64,000 nucleotides of DNA from Dehalococcoidia bacterium (GTDB lineage Bacteria > Chloroflexota > Dehalococcoidia > UBA2979), in contig SHYQ01000001.1 of the NCBI GenBank assembly GCA_009692765.1, positions 29,096 through 93,095 of the forward strand. Reading direction: 5' to 3'. Positions 10,351-19,847 of the stretch are shown piece after piece. The stretch's first letter is position 1. Each line of letters begins with the position of its first letter. Below the pieces are notes generated by a model. It searched no databases. It was given only the letters and a program-made list of their open reading frames with translations, and had not been told where the DNA came from. The translations under genes and the position numbers were made by a program.

Positions 10351-12162
10351 ATGGCCCTGCCCGCCGATCGCACCGTGCACGCGCTGTTGCAGTCGCTCTC
10401 CCGGAACGGGGTGCGGCACTTCGTGGTCGCCCCGGGCTCCCGCAACACGCCGATCACCATCGCCGCGACCGCGCCCGGGTCGCCGTTCCGCGTCTGGCTG
10501 CACCTGGACGAGCGCTCCGCGGGCTACTTCGCGCTCGGCATCGCGCGGCAGACCGGCGAGCCGGTGGCCGTCTGCTGTACCTCCGGTACCGCCGTCGCGA
10601 ACCTGCTGCCCGCCGCCGTCGAGGCGCGGCTGTCGCGCGTCCCGCTCATCCTCCTGACAGCCGACCGCCCGCCCGAGGCGCGCGACATCGGCGCGTCACA
10701 GACCATCGACCAGGTGGGGATCTTCTCGACGCACGTGAAGTGGGCGGCGGACCTGCCGGCAGCCGATGCGGGCGCGATCGACGACCTGGAGCGCTACGCC
10801 GCCGCGGCTGGCGCACGCGCCGCGGCAATCGCGTGCGAGGCCCCCGCCGGGCCGGTGCACCTGAACGTCCCCCTGCGGGAGCCGCTGGTCGACATTGACT
10901 CAGAAGAACTGCCGTTCGACCTCGGCGCGCCCGAGGTGCGGCGCGCGGTGGCCGCACCCTCCGTCCCGGCGCCCGCCGAGGTGGCGCGCGTCGTGAGCGC
11001 GGTCAGCGGTCGCCGGGGCGTGATCGTCTGCGGACCGGAGTCGGCCGGGCTGCCGGCCTCCGCCATCACCTCGCTCGCCGCGATCCTCGGCTGGCCGATC
11101 GTCGCAGACCCGCTGTCCGGGCTGCGCGCCGGGCGTCACCCGCTCGACGCCGTCATCGACCGCGCCGACGTGCTCGCCCGCGAGCCCGCGTTCACCGACC
11201 CCGCGACCCCCGAGGTGACGATCCGCTTCGGCGCGGCGCCGACCTCGAAGCCGCTCAACCAGTGGCTCACGACACTCGGTGATGCGCGGGGCAGAGGGGG
11301 CGCGACCCAGATCGTCGTCGACATGGCCGTCGCCGCGGGCGGCGGGTGGCGCGATCCGGACCTGCGCGCCGTGCTCGGCGTCGCCGCCGACCCCGGCGCG
11401 TTCTGCTCCACGCTCCTCGAAGCGCTCGACGCGCGGTCCGGCGCGCGCGCGGAGTGGCTTCCGCTGTGGCGCGATGCCAACGCCGCCGCGCGCACCGCGC
11501 TCGACGAGGCGATCGCGGACATCCGCGAGCCGTTCGAGGGCCAGGCCGTCGTCGACCTCGCAGGCGCGCTGTCTGAGGGCTCCACGCTCGTTGCCGGGAA
11601 CTCGATGCCCGTGCGCGATATCGACTCCTTCTTCCCGAACATGGACCGCGCGGTGCGGATCGTCGGCACGCGCGGCGCGAGCGGTATCGATGGCGTGACC
11701 TCGTCCGCGGTGGGCGCGGCGGCTGCGGCGTCGGTGGGGGCGGGGGGGGCGGTGGCGCTGCTGATCGGCGACCTGTCGTTCCTGCACGACATCAACGGCC
11801 TGTGGCCGGTACGTCGCCACGACCTGAGCCTCACCGTGGTGCTGGTGAACAATGACGGCGGCGGCATCTTCTCCTTCCTGCCGCAGCGCACGAGCATGCC
11901 CGCGCGCTTCGAGGAGTGGTGGGGCACGCCGCACGGCCTCGACCTGCGCCACGCCGTGGCGTTGCACGGCGGCCGCCACGCGCTGATGGACCATGGCCCG
12001 ACGAGCGGGGCGAGCGCGGCGATCGGCGACGCGCTCCAACGGCCGGGCCTCAACGTGCTGGAGCTGCGCACCGATCGCGACCGCAACGTGGCGCTGCACC
12101 AGCAGGTCTGGGCGCGCGCCACCGAGGCGGTGCGCCACGCCGTGGTCGCGGCGCGGGCATAG
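10351..12162 (+). CDS. menD: 2-succinyl-5-enolpyruvyl-6-hydroxy-3-cyclohexene-1-carboxylate synthase
   Basis: 603-aa ThDP enzyme. N-terminus HFVVAPGSRNTPITIA...CCTSGTAVANLLPA is diagnostic of MenD. Confidence 0.9.
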   Translation: MALPADRTVHALLQSLSRNGVRHFVVAPGSRNTPITIAATAPGSPFRVWLHLDERSAGYFALGIARQTGEPVAVCCTSGTAVANLLPAAVEARLSRVPLILLTADRPPEARDIGASQTIDQVGIFSTHVKWAADLPAADAGAIDDLERYAAAAGARAAAIACEAPAGPVHLNVPLREPLVDIDSEELPFDLGAPEVRRAVAAPSVPAPAEVARVVSAVSGRRGVIVCGPESAGLPASAITSLAAILGWPIVADPLSGLRAGRHPLDAVIDRADVLAREPAFTDPATPEVTIRFGAAPTSKPLNQWLTTLGDARGRGGATQIVVDMAVAAGGGWRDPDLRAVLGVAADPGAFCSTLLEALDARSGARAEWLPLWRDANAAARTALDEAIADIREPFEGQAVVDLAGALSEGSTLVAGNSMPVRDIDSFFPNMDRAVRIVGTRGASGIDGVTSSAVGAAAAASVGAGGAVALLIGDLSFLHDINGLWPVRRHDLSLTVVLVNNDGGGIFSFLPQRTSMPARFEEWWGTPHGLDLRHAVALHGGRHALMDHGPTSGASAAIGDALQRPGLNVLELRTDRDRNVALHQQVWARATEAVRHAVVAARA

Positions 12163-12175
12163 GCCGGCTCGCGCC

Positions 12176-13018
12176 GTGCCCGACGCGATTGCGCGCGATA
12201 TCGAGATCGACGGTCTGAGCCTCCACGTCGAACGCGCCGGGAGCGGGCCCCCCGTCGTGCTGCTGCACGGCTTCACCGGCTCCGGCGCATCGTGGGCTCC
12301 GCTCCTCGAGGTGCTCGCGCCTGACTTCACGACGCTGGCCGTCGACCTCGTGGGCCACGGCCGGTCGGGGCATCCGGCGGCGAACGATCGCTACCGGATG
12401 CGCCGCGCCGTGGACGACCTGGCCGCGCTGCTCCACGCGCTGGGGCACGAGCGCGCCGCGTGGCTCGGCTACTCGCTCGGTGGGCGCACGGCGCTCCAGG
12501 TCGCCGTGCATCGCCCGGAGGTCGTCTCCGCGCTGATCCTCGAGGGCGCGACGCCCGGCTACGCGACGCCCGAGGAGCGCGCCGCGCGGGTCGCCGCCGA
12601 CGAGGCGCTGGCGCTGCGCCTAGAACGCGAGGGGCTGGAGGCGTTTGTCGACTACTGGCAGGCGATCCCGCTGTGGGACAGCCAGCGGCACACGCTGACC
12701 GACGAGCAGCGCGCGGCGCTGCGCCGGGGCCGCCTCGCGCAGCACCCGGCCGGCCTCGCGGGCTCGCTGCGGGGGATGGGCACGGGGGCGCAGGACTGGG
12801 TGGGCGACCGCCTGGGCAAGGTGCGCGTGCCTGTGCTGCTGACGGCAGGTACGCTGGACACTAGGTTCAGCGCTATCGCCCGCGAGATGGCGGCGGTGAT
12901 CCCGGACAGCGCCGTGCGGCTGATCGACAATGCCGGACACGCCGCCCACCTCGAGCGGCCGGCGGCCTTCAACACGCTGGTGCGCGATTTTCTGATCGGC
13001 GTGCGCGGACGGCTGTAG
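12176..13018 (+). CDS. menH: 2-succinyl-6-hydroxy-2,4-cyclohexadiene-1-carboxylate synthase (alpha/beta hydrolase)
   Basis: GTG start after the menD stop. HGFTGSG...GYSLGGR alpha/beta-hydrolase nucleophile elbow. Position between menD and menB. Confidence 0.75.
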   Translation: MPDAIARDIEIDGLSLHVERAGSGPPVVLLHGFTGSGASWAPLLEVLAPDFTTLAVDLVGHGRSGHPAANDRYRMRRAVDDLAALLHALGHERAAWLGYSLGGRTALQVAVHRPEVVSALILEGATPGYATPEERAARVAADEALALRLEREGLEAFVDYWQAIPLWDSQRHTLTDEQRAALRRGRLAQHPAGLAGSLRGMGTGAQDWVGDRLGKVRVPVLLTAGTLDTRFSAIAREMAAVIPDSAVRLIDNAGHAAHLERPAAFNTLVRDFLIGVRGRL

Positions 13019-13020
13019 GA

Positions 13021-13878
13021 GTGCGGCAGGTGGGGACTGAAGGGCTCATGAGCGACATTCGCTGGCAGCCGGTACGGACGTACACCGACATCCTCTACGA
13101 CAAGGCGGGGGGGATCGCGAAGATCACGATCAACCGCCCCGAGGTGCACAACGCCTTCCGTCCGCTGACGATCGATGAACTCAGCGCGGCGTTCGTGGAC
13201 GCCGCGCAGGACGACGCGATCGGCGTGGTGCTGTTCACCGGCGCGGGCGGGCGCGCCTTCTGCTCCGGCGGCGACCAGCGCATCCGCGGCCACGCCGGGT
13301 ACGTGGACACCGAGGGGGCAGCGCGCCTGAACGTGCTCCCGCTGCAGCGCTTCATCCGCGAGATGCCGAAGCCGGTGATCGCCCTGGTCGCCGGGTACGC
13401 CATTGGCGGCGGGCACGTGCTGCACGTGATCTGCGACCTGACGATCGCCGCGGAGAACGCGCGCTTCGGGCAGACCGGCCCGCGGGTCGGATCGTTCGAT
13501 GCGGGGTACGGCGTGTCGATGCTGGCGCGGCTCGTCGGCACCAAGAAGGCGCGCGAGATCTGGTACCTCTGTCGCCAGTACGGCGCGCAGGAGGCGCTGG
13601 CGATGGGGCTGGTCAACGCCGTCGTCCCGCTCGACGATCTGGAGGCGGAGGGCGTGCGCTGGGCGAATGAGATCCTCGCGAAGTCGCCGACCGCGATCCG
13701 CTTCCTGAAGAACGCCTTCCTCGCCGACACCGACGGCGCGACCGGCCTGCAGGTGCTCGCCGGCGACCTCACGATGCTGTACTACACGACCGACGAAGCG
13801 AAGGAGGGACGCAACGCTTTCGTCGAGAAGCGCCAGCCTGACTTCACGAAGTTCGCGCGGCTGCCGTTCCATGGCTGA
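13021..13878 (+). CDS. menB: 1,4-dihydroxy-2-naphthoyl-CoA synthase
   Basis: Crotonase-fold protein with FCSGGDQ...[19 protein letters not shown]...GSFDAGYG motifs. Confidence 0.9.
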   Translation: MRQVGTEGLMSDIRWQPVRTYTDILYDKAGGIAKITINRPEVHNAFRPLTIDELSAAFVDAAQDDAIGVVLFTGAGGRAFCSGGDQRIRGHAGYVDTEGAARLNVLPLQRFIREMPKPVIALVAGYAIGGGHVLHVICDLTIAAENARFGQTGPRVGSFDAGYGVSMLARLVGTKKAREIWYLCRQYGAQEALAMGLVNAVVPLDDLEAEGVRWANEILAKSPTAIRFLKNAFLADTDGATGLQVLAGDLTMLYYTTDEAKEGRNAFVEKRQPDFTKFARLPFHG

Positions 13879-14785
13879 TTCGCCGCCGCCCGGTCCGCTG
13901 GCTGCGCCGGGCCGCCTGCGCGTGTGGGCGATGGCGATCCGCCCGGCCACGCTGACCGCAGCGGTAGTGCCGGTGGCGGTGGGCACCGGAGTCGCCGTGC
14001 ACGACGGCGTGCGCGCCCCCCTCGCGGCGCTCGCGGCGCTGATTGGGGCGCTTGCGTTGCAGGCCGGCGCGAACCTCGCGAACGACCTCTCGGACTTCCG
14101 CCGCGGCGCGGACACCGCGGCGCGCCTCGGCCCGATGCGCGTCACCCAGCACGGACTGCTCAGCGAGCGCCAGGTGACGATCGGCGTCGTCGTCTGCTTC
14201 GCGCTCGCAACGGTCGTCGGGCTGTACCTCACCACCCTCGGCGGCTGGCCGATCGTCGTGATCGGCGTCGCTGCGATGCTCGCGGCGGTGACGTACACCG
14301 GCGGGCCGTGGCCCTTCGGCTACCGCGGCCTCGGCGAGCTCTTCGTGTTCATCTTCTTCGGCGTGGTCGCTGTCGCGGGCACCTACTACGTGCAGGCGGG
14401 GGGCGTGACCGCCGGTGTCTTCGCTGCGTCGCTCCCGGTGTCGCTGACCGTCACGGCGATTCTCGTCGTGAACAACGTGCGCGACATCGATACCGATCGG
14501 CTGGCGGGGAAGTACACGCTGGCCGTCTACCTTGGCCGCCGCCTGGCGCGGACGGAACTCGTGGTCGTCGTCGGGGGGGCGTACGTGGCGGCGGCGGCGC
14601 TCTGGCTGCTGGGCGACTTCTCCGGCTGGGTGCTGCTGTCGTGGCTGTCGGTGCCGGCCGCCGTCGTCCCGGTGGCGGTGGTGCTGCGTCGCACGGACGG
14701 TCCGCCGCTGAACGCGGCGCTGCGGGCGATGGCACGGCTGCACCTGATCTTCGGGCTGCTGCTGGCGATCGGGCTCTCCACCTGA
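13871..14785 (+). CDS. menA: 1,4-dihydroxy-2-naphthoate polyprenyltransferase
   Basis: 304-aa polytopic UbiA-fold membrane protein with [11 protein letters not shown] and [10 protein letters not shown] Asp-rich motifs. 8-nt overlap with menB. Confidence 0.85.
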   Translation: MADSPPPGPLAAPGRLRVWAMAIRPATLTAAVVPVAVGTGVAVHDGVRAPLAALAALIGALALQAGANLANDLSDFRRGADTAARLGPMRVTQHGLLSERQVTIGVVVCFALATVVGLYLTTLGGWPIVVIGVAAMLAAVTYTGGPWPFGYRGLGELFVFIFFGVVAVAGTYYVQAGGVTAGVFAASLPVSLTVTAILVVNNVRDIDTDRLAGKYTLAVYLGRRLARTELVVVVGGAYVAAAALWLLGDFSGWVLLSWLSVPAAVVPVAVVLRRTDGPPLNAALRAMARLHLIFGLLLAIGLST

Positions 14786-14838
14786 CGCCCCCGCGAGGGG
14801 ACGCCGCGCGTATCCGCTGGCGCGCGTTCCGGCTGCCG

Positions 14839-15960
14839 ATGCGCCATCGGTTCGAGGCGGCGCACGGCGCGATTGCGGATCGCCGGGGCGTGCTCATCGA
14901 GATCGCGGACGGCGAGGGCTACGTGGGCGTCGGCGAGGCTTCCCCGATCCCCTCACTCGGCTACGGCACCGTCGAGGACGTGCTCGTGCTGCTCCAGCGC
15001 TACGGTGCGGCGCTGCCGGCAACGCTCGATCTGCTCCATGCGCTCGACCCGCGTGCACCCGGCGTGCTGGCGCTGCGCTGCGCAGTCGACGTGGCCGCGC
15101 TGGACCTCGAAGGGCGACGCGCGGGGCGGTCGGTGGCTTCGCTGCTCTCGACGGCCGCGACGAACGTTGCGTCCGCGGTGCGCGTCAACGCCGTGATCGG
15201 CGAGGGTGCCCCCGAGGAGACCGCGCGCTACGGCCGCGGGGCGGCCGCGCAGGGCTACGCCGTGCTGAAGGCGAAGGTCGGCAGCGCCGCGCTCGCGGAG
15301 GATGTGCGGCGCATCGCCGCGCTGCGCGAAGCTTGCCCCGGCGTCGCGATCCGCCTCGACGCGAACGGCGCGTGGGACGAGGCGACGGCGGTCGCCGCCC
15401 TCCGTGCGTTCGCCCCCCACGGCATTGAGCTGATCGAGCAGCCCGTCGCCGCAGGGGAGGTCGAGGCGCTGGCGCGGGTGCGTGCCGCCGCGCACGCGCT
15501 CGGTGCCGCGACGGGGGGCGGACCGCTGATCGCCGCCGACGAAGCAGTCGCCGACCAGGACACCCTCGCGCGCGTCTTCGAGCAGCGCGCCGCCGACCTC
15601 GTGGTGCTGAAGCCGATGTTCCTCGGCGGGCTGCGGCCCGCCGTCGCGATCGCGCAGCGCGCCGCCGCCTGCGGCATGGGCGCGTTCGCGACGACGACGT
15701 TCGACTCCTCGATCGGGACGGCGGCGGCGCTGCACCTGGCTTGCGCGATGGATGGGGCCGGCGAGATCGCGCACGGGCTGGGCACCGGCGAGCACCTGAC
15801 GGCCGACCTCGTGGTGCACACGCTGGTCGCGCGGGATGGCATGCTCTCGCTACCGTCGGGCGCCGGACTGGGCGTCGCACCGGAGGAGGCGGCATGGCAT
15901 CGTGTGGCCGAGGGCGACTGGATCACTGCGCCGTACGCGCACCCGCCGTGGCGGCCGTAG
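14839..15960 (+). CDS. menC: o-succinylbenzoate synthase (enolase superfamily)
   Basis: FRLPMRHRFEAAHG...VLKAKVG...IRLDANGAWD...IEQP motifs. The start could be a non-ATG codon slightly upstream, around 14812. Confidence 0.75.
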   Translation: MRHRFEAAHGAIADRRGVLIEIADGEGYVGVGEASPIPSLGYGTVEDVLVLLQRYGAALPATLDLLHALDPRAPGVLALRCAVDVAALDLEGRRAGRSVASLLSTAATNVASAVRVNAVIGEGAPEETARYGRGAAAQGYAVLKAKVGSAALAEDVRRIAALREACPGVAIRLDANGAWDEATAVAALRAFAPHGIELIEQPVAAGEVEALARVRAAAHALGAATGGGPLIAADEAVADQDTLARVFEQRAADLVVLKPMFLGGLRPAVAIAQRAAACGMGAFATTTFDSSIGTAAALHLACAMDGAGEIAHGLGTGEHLTADLVVHTLVARDGMLSLPSGAGLGVAPEEAAWHRVAEGDWITAPYAHPPWRP

Positions 15961-15989
15961 CGCGCCCGCAGCCGCCCGTGGAGGGACCG

Positions 15990-17534
15990 ATGACCCTGAC
16001 GCCCGCGACCACCGGCACGCCGCTGCTCTCCGTCGAGCTCTGCGACTGGGTCGCCCGGCGCGCCTCGACGCACGCCGAGGTGATCGCCGTCGAGTGCGGC
16101 GACGAGCGCCTGACGTATCGCGCACTCGACGCGCGCGTAGGCGCGGCGGCGGCGCGTCTCGTCGCGCTCGGTGTCCGCGCGGGCGAACCGGTGGGGCTGT
16201 TGCACGCGAACGACAACGGCTTCGCCCTCTTCGTGCACGCGATCACCCGGGCCGGTGCGCTCTGCGCGCCCTTCAACGCGCGGCTGACGGTGAGCGAGAT
16301 CGCATGGCAACTGCGCGATGCCGGCGCGCGCTACCTCATCGCAGATGCGGCCAACGCCGAGCACGCGGCGCTCGCCCGCGCGGCGGCCGAGGAGGCCGGT
16401 GTCACGCTGCTCGCGGCGGGGGACGCTGCGTGGCGCGGTGCTCCGCCGGGCGCTGGCGTACCGATCGCCGAGCCGGAGGCGGTTCCCTTTGATCGCCCCC
16501 ACAGCCTGCTCTACACCTCGGGCACCACGGGGCGGCCGAAGGGGGTGGTGCTGACGCACGGCAACTTCTACTGGAGCGCCGTCGCGTCCGCGGAGCACCT
16601 CGGCGTCGCGTCCGACGACCGCTGGCTCGCCTGCCTGCCGCTGTACCACGTCGGCGGGCTGTCGATCCTGCTGCGCAGCGCGATCTACGGCACGACCGCC
16701 GTCATCCACGAGCGCTTCGATGAGGCGCGGGCCGTGCGCGCGCTGCGCGAGGAGCGCGTGACGCTGCTGTCCGTGGTCGCGAACATGCTCCAGCGGATGC
16801 TAGCGCTCGACGGCGAGGCGTACCCCTCGACGGTGCGCGCCGTGCTGCTGGGCGGCGGCCCCGCGCCGCGCCCGCTGCTGGAGGCCTCGGCGGCGCGCGG
16901 GCTGCCCGTGCTGCAGACGTACGGGCTGACCGAGACGGCGTCGCAGGTTGCCACGCTCTCCCCGGCGGACGCGCTCCGCAAACTGGGGTCGGCGGGGCTG
17001 CCGCTGCCCGGCACCACCGTGCGCATCGAGATCGAGGGCGTCGAGGCCGCGACCAGCGAGGTCGGCGAGATCATGGTGGCCGGGCCGACCGTGTGCGCGG
17101 GCTACCTGCACCGATCCGACGAGACGGCGCGGGCGATCCGCGGCGGCTGGCTGCACACCGGCGACCTCGGCTACCTCGACGCCGAGGGCTACCTGTACAT
17201 CGCCGACCGGCGCGACGACCTGATCATCTCCGGCGGCGAGAACGTCTACCCCGCGGAGGTGGAGTCCGCGCTGCTCGCGTTCCCCGGCATCGAGGAGTGC
17301 GCCGTCGTCGGCCTCCCCGACGAGCGCTGGGGGGCGCTGGTGGTCGCGGTGATCGTGCCGAGCGGCGCCGGCGCCTCGGGTATCGAGGTCGCCGCCGTGG
17401 AGGCGCACCTCCGCGCGCGCCTCGCGGGGTACAAGGTGCCGCGGCGCGTCGAGGTCACCGCGGAGCCGCTCCCACGCACCGCCTCCGGCAAGGTCCAGCG
17501 CCACCTCGTGCGCGAGCGGCTCCTCCCAGCGTAG
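15990..17534 (+). CDS. menE: o-succinylbenzoate--CoA ligase
   Basis: ATG at 15990 after a GAGGGA SD. Adenylate-forming motifs YTSGTTGRPKG, YGLTE, GWLHTGDLGYLD, GKVQR. Confidence 0.85.
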   Translation: MTLTPATTGTPLLSVELCDWVARRASTHAEVIAVECGDERLTYRALDARVGAAAARLVALGVRAGEPVGLLHANDNGFALFVHAITRAGALCAPFNARLTVSEIAWQLRDAGARYLIADAANAEHAALARAAAEEAGVTLLAAGDAAWRGAPPGAGVPIAEPEAVPFDRPHSLLYTSGTTGRPKGVVLTHGNFYWSAVASAEHLGVASDDRWLACLPLYHVGGLSILLRSAIYGTTAVIHERFDEARAVRALREERVTLLSVVANMLQRMLALDGEAYPSTVRAVLLGGGPAPRPLLEASAARGLPVLQTYGLTETASQVATLSPADALRKLGSAGLPLPGTTVRIEIEGVEAATSEVGEIMVAGPTVCAGYLHRSDETARAIRGGWLHTGDLGYLDAEGYLYIADRRDDLIISGGENVYPAEVESALLAFPGIEECAVVGLPDERWGALVVAVIVPSGAGASGIEVAAVEAHLRARLAGYKVPRRVEVTAEPLPRTASGKVQRHLVRERLLPA

Positions 17535-17643
17535 CGAGGAGCCTCGCGGTCCGCCGCGGCCTCGCCCGCGCTGGCGTGTTGACGTGGGGCGGGGGTGCGC
17601 GACAATCGCCTTCCACCCGACGGATCGCGGGAAGGTCTGCCCG

Positions 17644-18870
17644 ATGCCCGACCCACTGTCTGAGAACACCACCTACCTCGATCTGCACGTGCATTCCGCG
17701 GACGGTTCGGACGACGCGGGTGGCACGGTCGAGGGCTACCTGAAGTGGATCACCGCGCGCCGCGCGCACGGTCTCCGCATCGATGGCTTCGTGGTCACCG
17801 AGCACCGCCGTTTCGACCCGGACCGCGACTACTCGGCGCTCGCCGCGCGCTACGGTGCGATCGTGCTGCGCGGCGTGGAGGTGGAGACCGACATCGGGCA
17901 TGTGCTGGTCTTCGGCGTGACGCCGGAGTTCCTGAGCCGGTTCGATCTGACCTCCATCTCGCTGCCCTCGGAGGAGGTCTTCCGCGCCGCCTGGGAGACC
18001 GGTGGCGTTGCTGTGGGCGCGCACGCGGGGCGTCCGCGCATCGGCTGCGTCGAGCACGTCGATGAACGCGGCGTCACGCTCGAGGGCGTCCATGTCCTCG
18101 AGGCGCTGAACGGCGGCAGCAACGACTACGAGAACGGGCGCGCGTTCGACCTCGCAGACGCGCGGGGGCTGCGGGCCGTGGGCGGATCCGACGCGCACTT
18201 CGTCAGCGCGCTCGGCGGCTGCCTGACGCGCTTCGACCGCGCGATCCACACGGTCGACGACCTGGTTGCCGCGCTGCGCGACCCGGCGGCGGCGTACACG
18301 CCGATCTACCTAGAGGACACCGCGGAGGGCGTGGAACCGCGCCCCCGTCCCTCCGGCACGCCGGTGCTCCAGCCGTTCTCCAGCGGCCAGGGCACCCTCG
18401 GCGGCGACGTGATCGAGTACGACCGCAGCGTCGTGGGGCGCGAGGTGCTGGTCGGCAGCTTCGAGGTCACGCGCGAGCTCATCGCCAGTTTCTGTCAGGC
18501 GCTCGACGAGCGGAACCCGCTGTACACGGACGAGGCGTTCGCCGCGCAGGGCCCGCACGGCGGGATCATCGCGCCGCCCGGCATCATTCAGGCGGTGCGC
18601 ATGGGTCCGGCGCCCAACCCCGGCGTGAAGTTCGGCAGTTCGACGATGATGGCGGGGCAGTTGCACGAGTACTACCTGCCGGTGCGCCCGGGCGACACCA
18701 TCGAAGGCTTCGCGCAGGTGCGCGAGGTCTATGAGAAGACCGGCCGCAGCGGCCGTATGGTCTTCGTGGTGCGGCGCACCCGGTTCGCCAACCAGCACGG
18801 CGAGGACGTGGCCGCCTTGCAGACCACCAGCGTGCATCGCGAGATGCGTCCCGTGGGAGAGGCGGAATAA
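17644..18870 (+). CDS. fusion protein: N-terminal PHP-domain metal-dependent phosphoesterase plus C-terminal MaoC/HadA-like hotdog domain
   Basis: LDLHVHSADGSDD...GVEVET...HVLVFG...GGSDAHF (PHP fold), followed after ~aa 290 by a hotdog-like segment (PGDTIEGFAQVREVYEKTGRSGRMVFVVRRTRFANQHGEDVA). Confidence 0.65.
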   Translation: MPDPLSENTTYLDLHVHSADGSDDAGGTVEGYLKWITARRAHGLRIDGFVVTEHRRFDPDRDYSALAARYGAIVLRGVEVETDIGHVLVFGVTPEFLSRFDLTSISLPSEEVFRAAWETGGVAVGAHAGRPRIGCVEHVDERGVTLEGVHVLEALNGGSNDYENGRAFDLADARGLRAVGGSDAHFVSALGGCLTRFDRAIHTVDDLVAALRDPAAAYTPIYLEDTAEGVEPRPRPSGTPVLQPFSSGQGTLGGDVIEYDRSVVGREVLVGSFEVTRELIASFCQALDERNPLYTDEAFAAQGPHGGIIAPPGIIQAVRMGPAPNPGVKFGSSTMMAGQLHEYYLPVRPGDTIEGFAQVREVYEKTGRSGRMVFVVRRTRFANQHGEDVAALQTTSVHREMRPVGEAE

Positions 18871-18871
18871 C

Positions 18872-19330
18872 GTGGACGATGCACTGACCCAGCGCTACTT
18901 CGAAGAAGTCGCCGTCGGCGATGAGTTCGAAGAGTGGCAGCAACCGACCAGCCCGCACGTGGCCGCGTTTACCGCCATCTCGGGAGCGCTGGCCGGCGAT
19001 GGCCGCTTCCACGATCACGCGGCCGCGCGGGCCGCCGGCCTCGAAAAGGCGATCGTGCCGGGGCCGATGTCGGCCTCCATGCTCACGCGCCTGGTGACGG
19101 ACTGGATGGGGCCGCTCGGCCGCGTCCTGAGCCTGGACGTCTCATACCGGCGTCCGGCGTACCACGACGATCGCCTGCGCTGCGTGGCGCTGGTCACGGA
19201 CGTGAACGGCGACGGCGACTACGAGGGGACCGGCGAGGGCGCGGTGCACCTGGACGTGACGATGGAGAGCGAGCGCGGCGACAAGCCGGTGCAGGGCACG
19301 GCGATCGTCGTCATGCCGCGCCGGGGCTAG
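18872..19330 (+). CDS. MaoC-like (R)-hydratase/dehydratase hotdog protein, copy 1
   Basis: GTG start after a GGGAGAGG SD. ...AGDGRFHDHAAARAAG... resembles the hydratase-2 motif (D-x-N-P-x-H-like, with His present). Confidence 0.7.
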   Translation: MDDALTQRYFEEVAVGDEFEEWQQPTSPHVAAFTAISGALAGDGRFHDHAAARAAGLEKAIVPGPMSASMLTRLVTDWMGPLGRVLSLDVSYRRPAYHDDRLRCVALVTDVNGDGDYEGTGEGAVHLDVTMESERGDKPVQGTAIVVMPRRG

Positions 19331-19826
19331 GCGAGATCCGCCGGTGCGGTCCGGCCGCGCCACGGTCGGCGATCCGCTGCCCGTGCAGCGTTACCTCGAA
19401 GATGTCTCCGTCGGCGACATGTTCGAGGAGACGCAGCAGCCCACGCACGCGCAGGTGGTGGAGTTTCTCGACATCACAGGGCTGTTTCCGGGAGACGCGC
19501 GGATCACCGACGCCGAGACGGCCCGCGCCGCCGGCCTCGAGGCGGCGATCGTGCCGGGCCCCATGTCGGCCTCCATGCTCACGCGGCTGGTGACGGACTG
19601 GATGGGCCCGCTCGGTCGCGTGCTAAGCCTCGATGTCTCGTACCGGCGGGCGGTGTGGCACGACGATCGCCTGCGCTGCGTCGCGCTGGTCACCGATGTC
19701 AACGGCGACGGCGACTTCGAGGGCACGGGCGAGGGCGCGGTGCATCTGGATGTGACCCTGGAGAACGAGCGCGGGGAGAAGCCGGTGCAGGGCACGGCGA
19801 TCGTCGTGATGCCCCGCCGGGCGTAG
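19049..19826 (+). repeat. tandem gene duplication: ~280-bp segments 19049-19330 and 19547-19826 are ~88% identical at the nucleotide level
   Basis: Direct comparison of the two hotdog gene 3' halves, including the shared ...ggcacggcgatcgtcgt(c/g)atgcc(g/c)cgccggg... ends. Confidence 0.7.
19344..19826 (+). CDS. MaoC-like hotdog protein, copy 2 (tandem paralog; lacks the His of the hydratase motif)
   Basis: C-terminal ~95 aa are near-identical to copy 1 (IVPGPMSASMLTRLVTDWMGPLGRVLSLDVSYRR...VQGTAIVVMPRR). Confidence 0.7.
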   Translation: MRSGRATVGDPLPVQRYLEDVSVGDMFEETQQPTHAQVVEFLDITGLFPGDARITDAETARAAGLEAAIVPGPMSASMLTRLVTDWMGPLGRVLSLDVSYRRAVWHDDRLRCVALVTDVNGDGDFEGTGEGAVHLDVTLENERGEKPVQGTAIVVMPRRA

Positions 19827-19847
19827 GCGGCGCGCCCCCAGCCCGCG

